The position numbers were made by a program, and so were the translations under genes. From an uncultured Oscillospiraceae bacterium (GTDB lineage Bacteria; Bacillota; Clostridia; Oscillospirales; Ruminococcaceae), in assembly GCA_904397845.1 (NCBI GenBank), contig CAJFOX010000032.1, forward strand, positions 130 to 64,129: DNA of 64,000 nucleotides, in the 5' to 3' direction. Positions 39,641 to 48,221 of this stretch are shown in pieces (position 1 is the first letter of the stretch; each line of letters opens with the position of its first letter). Below the pieces are notes generated by a model. The model worked only from the letters and a program-made list of their open reading frames with translations, was not told the DNA's origin and ran no database searches.

Positions 39641-39988
39641 ATGGATGAAAAGACGATTCTAAAAGGAATTTTGGATAGTTATCCCTATCCGATTGTATTT
39701 GTGGACAATGATTACATAATCCGTTATCTGAACCGGTATGCAAAATACCATTACTATCAAGAGAGAGGATACCGGGATTTGATTGGAAAAAGCTTATTTG
39801 ACTGCCACGACCGGGAAGCCTCCAAGGAAAGAATCAAGGCTGCCTATGAAAAGATGTAAAGCGATGGAAAAGAGGTCTTTATTGGCGTGAATACCCGAAA
39901 TCTGCGTTATTATATGCAGGGCGTCCGGGACGAAGAAGGGAACCTGATCGGCTTTTTTGAACGGTTTGAATTAAACCAGCAAAAATAA
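39641..39988 (+). pseudogene. small PAS-like protein interrupted by an in-frame TAA (39857-39859)
   Basis: AAAGGAGGA then ATG 39641. The 72-codon head (MDEKTILKGILDSYPYPIVFVDNDYIIRYLN...AAYEKM) is followed in the same frame by a 42-codon tail (SDGKEVFIGVNTRNLRYYMQGVRDEEGNLIGFFERFELNQQK) ending at 39988. Head and tail together form one PAS-sized domain. Confidence 0.6.
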
Positions 39989-39994
39989 ATTTCT

Positions 39995-40028
39995 AAAAAG
40001 AGAGAAGGGATTCACCTTCTCTCTTTTT
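39995..40028. terminator. bidirectional terminator
   Basis: AAAAAGAGAGAAGG-gattca-CCTTCTCTCTTTTT. Confidence 0.8.
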
Positions 40029-40085
40029 AGGTAGGAAAAGCGGGATACAAAAAGATATGCGGATTCCAACTTTTCAGGAAAAGTT

Positions 40086-41459
40086 CTATACCCGTGCCAG
40101 CATCCGCCCTCCGTACCGAACGGCAAAGATTTCACCGGCCGAATCAGAGAATACAGTCAGATCCGACCAGGTCATTTTGGAGCGAAGAAACAGGATGCCG
40201 GGCTCAGAGAAACGGTAAGAATGAGGAATGCCAGAGGAAAGAACCTCCATTTCCCCGCCGTTCATCGTCATTTCGATTTCGCTTCCCTCTGCACAGACGT
40301 AGCGCCCACAGGCCTTTTGCTGGAGAGACCAAGGCCAGGGGGAACAGGCTTTGGGAGAGGAGGGAGAGGGATTTTGCCCAAGGCACCAAAGCATGGCCGC
40401 CTCAGCTACAGAAGTAGCAGGAACACCGCTGGTATTGCATAGTACCACCACACCAGATCCAGCATCGGGGCAGAAGCTGATGGCAGAAGAAACGCCGGTC
40501 AGGCTGCCGCCGTGTCCATAAACCGGATGCCCTGCCAACTCACTTACCGAAAGGCCATATCCATAGCCGATCCCAGGACGGTAAGAGGCATAAGGGGCTG
40601 TCATACGGCGAAAAGAGTCAGGGGAAAGCAAAGGATCTCCATGGCGCAGGAAAAGCAAAAGATAGCGCTCCATATCCCGGATGGTGGATTTCATAGCGCC
40701 GCCGCCCATCATGACGAAGGCGTTATCGTGATAATCCCGGGTAATCAACAGCCTGCCATCCCTCTTTTCGTACAGCACCGCCGCATTGGAATCGCCGGAA
40801 GGCGGCAGAAAACCACATCCACTGCGACTCATGCCCAGCGGCTGTAAAACATGCTTTTTCATATAATTGGCATAGGTATCTTCCCCACCTTGCGTGCGGA
40901 TGATATCGGACAAAAGCCCAAACCCATCGTTGGAATAGCTAAAGTATTCACCAGGCATACCGAGGGGCATTGTTTGTGCGTCTAAACCCGCGCACACCTT
41001 TTGTACCGCAGCTTGGGAAAAAGGAATGCTGTAGGCCAGATCCATGCCGCTTCCCCACAATCCCATTTTGCGGGCCAGCGGTTCGACAGTTTTGCGCTTC
41101 ACCGGCCAAAAACTGCCGGTATGGTTCATCAGATGGCGAACCAGCACAGGTTTTTCACGGTGTGAATTATGAAAAGATGGAATATATTGGCTGACCGGTG
41201 CGTCCAGGTCGATTTTTCCCTGCTGGGCCAGATGGAGGATTGCCAGACAGGTGAAGGATTTGGTAACGGATGCCAGCCCAAAGATGGTATCCTGGTTGAT
41301 AGGAAGCTTCTGTTCCCTGTCGCGGAACCCGTAAAACAGTTCCTGCACCGGCTGCCCCTGATCTACGATGGCGACAGCCATGCCACAGGCATCGTAGGCA
41401 CGCATAACCTTTTCGACATATGCTTCAAATAGAGAGAGCCCTGTAAAAGAAAGCGGCAT
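40086..41459 (-). CDS. serine hydrolase (beta-lactamase/class C-like family) with C-terminal extension
   Basis: FGLASVTKSFTCLAIL carries the SxxK motif. YSNDGFGLL is YxN-like. HGGSLTG is close to the KTG-equivalent position. 457 aa. Confidence 0.85.
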   Translation of the reverse strand: MPLSFTGLSLFEAYVEKVMRAYDACGMAVAIVDQGQPVQELFYGFRDREQKLPINQDTIFGLASVTKSFTCLAILHLAQQGKIDLDAPVSQYIPSFHNSHREKPVLVRHLMNHTGSFWPVKRKTVEPLARKMGLWGSGMDLAYSIPFSQAAVQKVCAGLDAQTMPLGMPGEYFSYSNDGFGLLSDIIRTQGGEDTYANYMKKHVLQPLGMSRSGCGFLPPSGDSNAAVLYEKRDGRLLITRDYHDNAFVMMGGGAMKSTIRDMERYLLLFLRHGDPLLSPDSFRRMTAPYASYRPGIGYGYGLSVSELAGHPVYGHGGSLTGVSSAISFCPDAGSGVVVLCNTSGVPATSVAEAAMLWCLGQNPSPSSPKACSPWPWSLQQKACGRYVCAEGSEIEMTMNGGEMEVLSSGIPHSYRFSEPGILFLRSKMTWSDLTVFSDSAGEIFAVRYGGRMLARV

Positions 41460-41476
41460 TTCTTTCCTCCTTTTTG

Positions 41477-41513
41477 ATAAAAAGACAGGGCCGGAAGAGC
41501 ATTTCTTCCGGCC
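41477..41513 (-). terminator. terminator after MATE copy 2
   Basis: 10-bp stem GGCCGGAAGA/TCTTCCGGCC. On the minus strand it is followed by TGTCTTTTTAT. Confidence 0.7.
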
Positions 41514-41530
41514 GGATTATAAATATAAGG

Positions 41531-42898
41531 TTAATCAGCAGCCAGATTACGAACCCAGCGGCCTCTTTTCAAGAACCAGAATGCGATGAACATTTTCACC
41601 AGATCCAACAGTTCAACGGTAACATACAGTGGGACAACCTCGATAGAGGTAAAGATGGATAAGAGGGTGGAAACCGTCACCGGCCCGATCCAAAGAAAAC
41701 CGGAATCGACCAGCATGGTAGAGAAAGTATCGCCGCCGGACCGCAGCACATAAAAGGTGCAAACATTCACAACATAAATTGGCATCAGGCAGCTCTTAAT
41801 GCGGATAAGAATCTCCAGCGCACGAATTGCCTCGTCGCTGAGAGAATAAAGATTGTGAATATAGGGTGCGACACAGAACAAAACCGCTCCCAACACAGCC
41901 GATACCATAACGCCGAAAACAATGATTTTTTTTGCGTCCGACTTAGCCTCTTCCAGCTTGCCGGCGCCCAGCTTTCCGCCGATAAAGATTGCAACAGCGG
42001 AAGACAGTCCCCCGAAAACGATAAACGCCAGGTTCATGACCGTATCCACCACCGAGATGGCCGCTACCAGCAGCTCGTCGGCCCGCATGTAGGATTTGAA
42101 AACCAGGGAGGTGCCGATGGAGAAAAACAGCTCGTTGGCAGTGAGAGGAACCGCCTTGGCAAGCATACTTTTCATCAGGCTCCAGTCCAGGAAAATCAGG
42201 CCCTTGAGATCTAGCTTGTAAAAGTGCCGCTGCCGGATCAGAAGCGCCAGATAGATGGCCATTTCCAACAATCGGGCGATCATGGTCGCCAGTGCGGCGC
42301 CTTTGACTCCCATAGCGGGCGATCCCAATTTGCCATAAATCAGAATATAATTTAAAATGGTATTGGTGAGCACGGCTATAATGCCGACCTTCAGCTGAAT
42401 TTTGTTTAGCCCGATGGCGCGCATGGCCATCATACAGGTAAAGGAAATACCATAGGGAATGTAGGTGTATTTGGCAAAAACGATATAGTCCAGGCCTAAG
42501 TCAACAATCTCCGGCGTGCGGGAAAACGGATAAATCGTCCATTCAGGGACGAAAAACAGCACGCCGGTGAAAAGGAGCATGACGACAAAGCCGATGGAGA
42601 GGTTGATATTGAGGATTTTTTGGCACCGGTCGTTTTTACCGGCGCCGTAATTTTGGGCGATATAAATACCGGCTGCGCCGCACAGCCCAAACATGATGGA
42701 AGAGGCGATCATGTAAAACCGATTGGCAACCGTAACCGCAGTCAATGCGGTTTGACTAACGCCGCCGACCATAACATTATCGATCAGGTTGACAAAGGAA
42801 GTGACAAACTGCTGCGCCATAATAGGCAGGGCGATCCCCGTTACTTCTTTGTAAAAAGACCTGTCGCCAAAAAAGCTTTTGATGTTCAGCTTCGACAT
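41531..42898 (-). CDS. MATE-family efflux transporter (copy 2)
   Basis: Trimmed to ATG 42898 (GGGGGAGGA upstream). FYKEVTGIALPIMAQQFVTSFVNLIDNVMVG is the MATE N-terminal motif. 12 TM-like. Confidence 0.88.
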   Translation of the reverse strand: MSKLNIKSFFGDRSFYKEVTGIALPIMAQQFVTSFVNLIDNVMVGGVSQTALTAVTVANRFYMIASSIMFGLCGAAGIYIAQNYGAGKNDRCQKILNINLSIGFVVMLLFTGVLFFVPEWTIYPFSRTPEIVDLGLDYIVFAKYTYIPYGISFTCMMAMRAIGLNKIQLKVGIIAVLTNTILNYILIYGKLGSPAMGVKGAALATMIARLLEMAIYLALLIRQRHFYKLDLKGLIFLDWSLMKSMLAKAVPLTANELFFSIGTSLVFKSYMRADELLVAAISVVDTVMNLAFIVFGGLSSAVAIFIGGKLGAGKLEEAKSDAKKIIVFGVMVSAVLGAVLFCVAPYIHNLYSLSDEAIRALEILIRIKSCLMPIYVVNVCTFYVLRSGGDTFSTMLVDSGFLWIGPVTVSTLLSIFTSIEVVPLYVTVELLDLVKMFIAFWFLKRGRWVRNLAAD

Positions 42899-43129
42899 AA
42901 CAGTTCCTCCCCCTGTGGTAAAATCAACCTGATCGGCCCAAAAGCATACCGCATCCCAATGAAGGCAGCATGAGTAAGCATTCAAGTTGTATTAATATGT
43001 ATTAGGTAGTTCGATCAGTATAGCAAAAAAAGGTATCGTCTGTCAATGGGATAACAACAAAATTTTTGCCGAAAATAGGTCGGTTGCATGACAAGGAGTT
43101 TTGAGATACGATAAAAAAGGAGGGATAGT

Positions 43130-44449
43130 ATGGGGAAAAAAGCAGTGGTCTTGGGGGGAGGAGGCTCCCGCGGTTCCTATCAGGTCGGTGTTTGGAAAGC
43201 GCTGCTGGAACTGGGGTTTGATTATGAAATCGTTACCGGCACCTCAGTAGGAGCGCTGAACGGTGCTCTGATGGTGCAAAAGGATTACGAACTGGCTGCA
43301 CGGATGTGGCAAAAGCTCAGGACCCGCGATGTGATGGATATTGCGGTTACGGATAAGGTGGAGAACCGGAAAGATTTCACTGGCAAAATAGGCGCTTTTA
43401 TTACGGAAATGGTAAAAAAAGGCGGGGCAGATCCAAGGCCATTAGAACAGATGCTTCGAGCCTATATTGACGAAGAAAAGCTGCGTAACTCAGAGGTGGA
43501 GTTTGGTTTTGTAACGGTGGAATATCCTCGGTTGGAGCCGAAAGTCCTCACAAAAGAAACGGTTCCCGACGGGGAAATGGTGGATTATCTGATGGCCAGC
43601 GCCGCCTGTTTTCCTGCCATGAAGGCCCGTGTCATCGACGGCAAAGCCTATATTGATGGAGGATATTCGGATAACGTGCCGGTAAGGATGGCTGTAGAAA
43701 TGGGCGCCGACGACATTGTGGCAGTAGATTTGGAAGCCATCGGCGTGGTGCGGAAGATGGATTTTCCCAAGGCAAGGCTAAGATATCTGAAGAGCCGGTG
43801 GGATTTGGGGATTTTTTTGCTGTTTGACAGCGATGTGACCGCCAGGAACATCCAGCTGGGATATCTGGAAACCCTGAAAGCCTTTGGAAAGCGGGAAGGC
43901 TGCCTGTATACCTTTTTGCCTGGGGAAACAACTTTGCTGCATCGGCGGGTGGAAAAACAATCGGATCTTCTGCTGGCCAAAAGTGGATTGTACCTGATTC
44001 CGGGAAATGTCTATCCGGCGCAGGCCAGGGCACAGCGAAAGCTGCGGCAGCTTTTGGATCGACCGGAGGGGCGCATTGCCGGAAACGCTATTGTACTGGC
44101 CTGCTGTGAGGCGGCAGCCCGTTTTTTAAACGTGACGCCGCTGAAGGAATATACAGCCCGGTCAATGGAAGCGGCGCTGGCCGAGAACTATAAGAAGCTG
44201 GAGCAGGAGGCGGGAAAGATCCCGGACATTCTGGCGGCCCGGTCGGCCAAAGAACTGACGCGGCATCTGATGGGATTGGAGAAGCGGCTGGTGGTTTTAT
44301 ATTGCTGCCATTGCCTGAATGAAATGATGGAAGAACGCTTTTCTCCGGCGGCGGTCCGAGCACTCTGCTCGGCGGTGACAGAAGAATTTTTGGCGGCCAT
44401 GTATCTTTGTAGCCTGCTTCCGCGAAAAACAGAACATAAAAATGCATAG
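43130..44449 (+). CDS. patatin-like phospholipase family protein
   Basis: VLGGGGSRGSYQVGVWKAL (glycine-rich oxyanion loop), GTSVGALNG (GxSxG) and YIDGGYSDNVP (DGG) are present. The ~170-aa C-terminal helical region is unassigned. Confidence 0.88.
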   Translation: MGKKAVVLGGGGSRGSYQVGVWKALLELGFDYEIVTGTSVGALNGALMVQKDYELAARMWQKLRTRDVMDIAVTDKVENRKDFTGKIGAFITEMVKKGGADPRPLEQMLRAYIDEEKLRNSEVEFGFVTVEYPRLEPKVLTKETVPDGEMVDYLMASAACFPAMKARVIDGKAYIDGGYSDNVPVRMAVEMGADDIVAVDLEAIGVVRKMDFPKARLRYLKSRWDLGIFLLFDSDVTARNIQLGYLETLKAFGKREGCLYTFLPGETTLLHRRVEKQSDLLLAKSGLYLIPGNVYPAQARAQRKLRQLLDRPEGRIAGNAIVLACCEAAARFLNVTPLKEYTARSMEAALAENYKKLEQEAGKIPDILAARSAKELTRHLMGLEKRLVVLYCCHCLNEMMEERFSPAAVRALCSAVTEEFLAAMYLCSLLPRKTEHKNA

Positions 44450-44455
44450 AAATTC

Positions 44456-44484
44456 TTGACAGCTGCATAAGATAGGTGTAAGAT
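44456..44484 (+). promoter_or_regulatory. sigma-70-like promoter of the ser leader
   Basis: TTGACA (44456-61), 17-nt spacer, TAAGAT (44479-84). Confidence 0.6.
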
Positions 44485-44517
44485 AGCTCCATAAACTTTT
44501 GGAAAGGACGTACGCAG

Positions 44518-44610
44518 ATGAAATTTCGCATTGCTGCTATTTCATCATCTTGTTGTTCAGACACTTCTTTGGTGCCTGCGCTTGGCGTACGCTTTTTTCG
44601 GAACGATTGA
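44518..44610 (+). CDS. candidate 30-codon leader peptide rich in Ser/Cys codons
   Basis: GGAAAGGA lies 9 nt upstream. MKFRIAAISSSCCSDTSLVPALGVRFFRND. Codons 9-17 are TCA TCA TCT TGT TGT TCA GAC ACT TCT. It lies between the promoter and the terminator preceding serC. Confidence 0.4.
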   Translation: MKFRIAAISSSCCSDTSLVPALGVRFFRND

Positions 44611-44670
44611 TTGCTAAGGGTTTGTTGAACAGCAAGAAACGGAAACCTGGACAATCTGCATCTGTCGTGA

Positions 44671-44705
44671 AAGCCGAAGAGCATGCGCTCTTCGGCTTTT
44701 TGTTT
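44671..44705 (+). terminator. terminator/attenuator directly upstream of serC
   Basis: 12-bp perfect stem AAGCCGAAGAGC-atgc-GCTCTTCGGCTT followed by TTTGTTT. It ends 30 nt before the serC ATG. Confidence 0.85.
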
Positions 44706-44734
44706 GCAATTTTAATTTTGGAGGTAATCAAAAA

Positions 44735-45823
44735 ATGGAACGCGCTTACAATTTTTCCGCAGGCCCTTCGATGACGCCGGTTGAAATTTTACAACAGGCA
44801 AAAGAAAATCTGGTCTCTTATCCCGGCGCCGGGTGCAGTGTGATGGAGATGAGCCATCGATCCGTTTCATTTGAAAAAATTATTGCCGATGCAGAGGAGT
44901 CCCTGCGCAGGCTGATGCATATTTCAGAGGATTATGCGGTTCTGTTTTTGCAGGGCGGTGCTTCCATGCAGTTTTCCGCTGTTCCCATGAATCTGTCGCG
45001 GCGAGGACAGACCACCAACTATGCCGTTACCGGCCAGTTCGCGGGCAAGGCGCTGGCAGAAGGCGAACGCTGGGGAAAAGCAGTTGCGGTTACTTCCTCG
45101 AAAGCAGACTCCTTTTCGCACATCCCCAAAATCACGCCGGAGCTGCTGAGCCCGGATGCGGCTTATTTACATATTACCGGCAACAACACCATTTTCGGCA
45201 CCTGCTATCATACGCTGCCGCGGACCGGCAGCATTCCGTTAGTGGCTGACTGGTCCAGCGCGATTCTGGGCTGTGAGATCGATGTGGCGGCTCACGCGCT
45301 GATCTATGCAGGAGCCCAGAAAAACATGGGCCCTGCCGGGCTGACAGTCGTTATTATCCGCCGGGACCTGCTGGAACGGGAGGTAGACCCTATTGTGCCG
45401 ACAATGCTGCGCTATCGGGTGATGGCGGAAAACGGCTCTATGTATAACACGCCTCCCTGCTTTGCCATTTATATGGCGGGGCTGATGCTCCAATGGGTGG
45501 AAGACAATGGCGGCGTGGCGGCCATGGAGCGCCGAAACCGGGAAAAGGAGGCTCTTTTATACGATTTTATCGATCAATCTGAAATGTTTCATAATCCGGT
45601 AGCCAAGGAGGATCGATCCATTATGAACGTGATCTTTACGCTGCCAACCCAGGAAGATACCAAAGCCTTTTTGCGGATGGCCGAAGGGCGGGGGATGATC
45701 AACTTAAAAGGGCACCGCAGCGTAGGCGGGTGCCGGGCTTCTATTTACAATGGCATGCCCAAAGAGGGCGTAGAAGCGCTGGTAGCCTGCATGAAGGACT
45801 ATGAAGAAGGTTTACGCAGATGA
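44735..45823 (+). CDS. serC: phosphoserine aminotransferase
   Basis: YNFSAGPSMTPVEILQQA...SVMEMSHRS...FLQGGAS.QF...AGAQKNMGPAGLTVVIIR is SerC (PLP Lys in QKN). Confidence 0.95.
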   Translation: MERAYNFSAGPSMTPVEILQQAKENLVSYPGAGCSVMEMSHRSVSFEKIIADAEESLRRLMHISEDYAVLFLQGGASMQFSAVPMNLSRRGQTTNYAVTGQFAGKALAEGERWGKAVAVTSSKADSFSHIPKITPELLSPDAAYLHITGNNTIFGTCYHTLPRTGSIPLVADWSSAILGCEIDVAAHALIYAGAQKNMGPAGLTVVIIRRDLLEREVDPIVPTMLRYRVMAENGSMYNTPPCFAIYMAGLMLQWVEDNGGVAAMERRNREKEALLYDFIDQSEMFHNPVAKEDRSIMNVIFTLPTQEDTKAFLRMAEGRGMINLKGHRSVGGCRASIYNGMPKEGVEALVACMKDYEEGLRR

Positions 45824-45838
45824 GAGGAGGGCTTTTCC

Positions 45839-47017
45839 ATGCTGACTGTAAAAAAATTCAATCAAATTTCCGATATCATTTACACACAAATGCCGCAGGA
45901 TCACTACCGTTTTATCGAAGAGGGGGAGGATTATGATGTGGCGCTGGTCCGTTCCGCCCAGTTGGGAGAGATGCCGTTTCCCAAACAACTGCTGGCGATT
46001 GCCCGTGCCGGCGCAGGAGTCGACAACATTCCGGTAGACCGGTGCAGTGAAGAGGGGATTGTGGTGTTCAACACCCCCGGCGCCAACGCCAACGCGGTCA
46101 AGGAACTGGTGTTGTGTGGTATGATACTGGCCTGCCGCCGGATTGTTCCGGGAATTCAATGGATCCGGCGGCAGCACGAGGAAGGAATTGCCGGTGTGGA
46201 TAAGAGAATGGAAAAAGCAAAGAAAGATTTTGCCGGCGGAGAAATTGCCGGCAAAACGCTGGGCGTAATTGGACTGGGAGCGATCGGCGTAATGGTAGCC
46301 AATGCGGCGGTGGCAATGGACATGGACGTAATCGGCTACGATCCGTTTTTATCGGTGGATGCGGCGCTGCGGCTGTCCCGTAGCGTAAAGCTTGCCAAAA
46401 CGCAGGAAGAACTGTTGGGCAGGAGCGATTTTTTGACACTGCACCTGCCTCAGACCGCCAAGACCGAAGGCATGATAAACCGGAATGTACTTGCTGCCGT
46501 AAAACCCGGCACGATATTATTAAACTTCGCCCGGGGCGGGCTGATCGACGACGATGCAGTGATAGAAGCCCTGGAATCCGGGCAGCTTGGCCGGTATGTG
46601 ACTGATTTCCCCAACGACCGGATCATCGCCAACTCAAAGGTAATTGCCATGCCGCATCTGGGGGCTTCTACGCTGGAAGCAGAGGAAAACTGTGCCCGAA
46701 TGGCCGTCGCCCAGTTGAAGGAATACCTGATCAGTGGAACCATCAAAAACAGTGTGAATTTTCCAGACTGCGAATATCCCCTGGGGGAGGGTTGGCGTAT
46801 TGCCATTATCAATCGTAATGTCACCAATATGGTGGGGCAAATTACGGCGGTTCTGGCCAAAAACGGGCTCAACATCGAGCATATGCTGAATCACAGCCGG
46901 GGCGCATGGGCCTATACGATGATCGACCTGATAAAAAAGCCTTCGCAAACCTGCTTGGACGCGCTGGCAGGTATTGACGGCGTGGTACGGATTCGGCTGA
47001 TCGGAGAAGAACGATGA
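45839..47017 (+). CDS. serA: D-3-phosphoglycerate dehydrogenase with C-terminal ACT-like domain
   Basis: GKTLGVIGLGAIGVMVA (NAD fold), LNFARGGLIDDDA and HLGASTLEAEE (catalytic His/Glu) are present. The C-terminal IAIINRNVTNMVGQITAVLAKNGLNI is ACT-like. Confidence 0.93.
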   Translation: MLTVKKFNQISDIIYTQMPQDHYRFIEEGEDYDVALVRSAQLGEMPFPKQLLAIARAGAGVDNIPVDRCSEEGIVVFNTPGANANAVKELVLCGMILACRRIVPGIQWIRRQHEEGIAGVDKRMEKAKKDFAGGEIAGKTLGVIGLGAIGVMVANAAVAMDMDVIGYDPFLSVDAALRLSRSVKLAKTQEELLGRSDFLTLHLPQTAKTEGMINRNVLAAVKPGTILLNFARGGLIDDDAVIEALESGQLGRYVTDFPNDRIIANSKVIAMPHLGASTLEAEENCARMAVAQLKEYLISGTIKNSVNFPDCEYPLGEGWRIAIINRNVTNMVGQITAVLAKNGLNIEHMLNHSRGAWAYTMIDLIKKPSQTCLDALAGIDGVVRIRLIGEER

Positions 47018-48186
47018 AGACTGCAAAGGAAAAATTGGCCGACGTTGGAGCGGCGGTTCCGCGCCTGCTGTTTCCAAAAGAGGGGATCAATCTGCAAAAG
47101 TTTGCGGTAATTGCCTGCGACCAATACAGTGCCCAAGAAGAATACTGGGATGCGGTGCGGGATTTCATAGGCTCCGCACCGTCGTCTCTGCAGCTGATGA
47201 TGCCGGAAGCCTGGCTGGGCAAAGAGCCATCCCATGAGAACGCGGTACCGGAGCATATGAGACGGTATTTGGCGGACGGGACGCTCCGTGAAATCGGCAG
47301 AGGGATGATGTTTTTGCACCGGGGCACAACCACCGGCGTCCGCCGGGGGTTGTTGCTGTCGCTGGATTTGGAGCGGTATGACTTTGCGCCCGATTCCTCC
47401 TCGCTGATCCGGGCGACCGAAAAAACCATTCAGGAGCGGCTGCCCGCCCGGGTGGCAATCCGTTCGAAAGCGCCATTGGAGATGCCTCATATCATGGTGC
47501 TGCTGGACGATCGGGAAAACCGCCTGATGGGCGCGCTGGATCAAATAGCGGCCGGTAGAGCGCCGTTTTACGATTTTTCCCTGATGATGGACAGCGGTAG
47601 CTTGAAGGGATGGTTTTTGCAGGAGGAAAGTATTTTTGACGCGGTGGCCGGCATACTTGCCCAATTAAAGGCCCAGTCCAGGGCCGGGATGCTGTATGCC
47701 ATGGGGGACGGCAACCATTCCTTTGCTGCGGCAAAGGAATATTGGGATACACGGAAAGCCGGCTTAACTGCAGCTCAGAGGGAATCGCATCCCGCCCGGT
47801 TTGGGTTGGTGGAGCTGGTTAACCTGTACGACCCGGCGCTGGTTTTTGAACCGATTCACCGGCTGCTGATCGGGGTGGACCCCCATGCGGTGCAGCGTGA
47901 TCTTGGGTTTGATGCGAAAAACCCGCCGCCATTGCAGAAGCTGCAGCCACAGTTGGATGGATGGCTGGACCAGCACCCGCAGGCACAGCTGGAATATATC
48001 CACGGGGCGGAAGACTGCCGTCGCCTGGGCCGGGCGCCGGATCGGCTGGCAATCGTTTGGAGTAAGTTTGACAAAGAGAGCCTTTTTTCCGACATCGCCC
48101 GCCATGGCGTACTCTGCCGGAAAAGCTTTTCTATGGGCAGCGCACCGGATAAGCGGTTTTACCTTGAATGCCGAAAAATTCAATAA
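47014..48186 (+). CDS. DUF1015 domain-containing protein
   Basis: The ATG overlaps the serA stop (ATGA at 47014-47017). FAVIACDQYS...MFLHRG...YAMGDGNHSFAAAKEYW...EPIHRLL resembles DUF1015. Confidence 0.8.
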   Translation: MKTAKEKLADVGAAVPRLLFPKEGINLQKFAVIACDQYSAQEEYWDAVRDFIGSAPSSLQLMMPEAWLGKEPSHENAVPEHMRRYLADGTLREIGRGMMFLHRGTTTGVRRGLLLSLDLERYDFAPDSSSLIRATEKTIQERLPARVAIRSKAPLEMPHIMVLLDDRENRLMGALDQIAAGRAPFYDFSLMMDSGSLKGWFLQEESIFDAVAGILAQLKAQSRAGMLYAMGDGNHSFAAAKEYWDTRKAGLTAAQRESHPARFGLVELVNLYDPALVFEPIHRLLIGVDPHAVQRDLGFDAKNPPPLQKLQPQLDGWLDQHPQAQLEYIHGAEDCRRLGRAPDRLAIVWSKFDKESLFSDIARHGVLCRKSFSMGSAPDKRFYLECRKIQ

Positions 48187-48220
48187 GAAAGAGCCGGATA
48201 ACGCGTTATCCGGCTCTTTC
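48187..48220. terminator. bidirectional terminator filling the convergent gap
   Basis: GAAAGAGCCGGATAAC-gc-GTTATCCGGCTCTTTC, a near-perfect 34-nt palindrome. It sits between the DUF1015 stop (48186) and the isomerase stop (48222). Confidence 0.8.
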
Positions 48221-48221
48221 T

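Noticed and set aside
39857-39859. The in-frame TAA in the PAS gene as evidence of stop-codon reassignment or programmed read-through.
   Set aside because: TAA is used as a normal terminator by many genes in this window, including several ribosomal protein genes. There is no downstream recoding structure. A nonsense mutation or sequence error is the simpler explanation.
44491-44734. A T-box riboswitch as the explanation for the serC leader.
   Set aside because: I found no T-box 14-mer (AGGGUGGUACCGCG-like) overlapping the terminator 5' arm, no Stem I AGAGA/GNUGNGA features, and no specifier-loop architecture. The leader is also short for a T-box.
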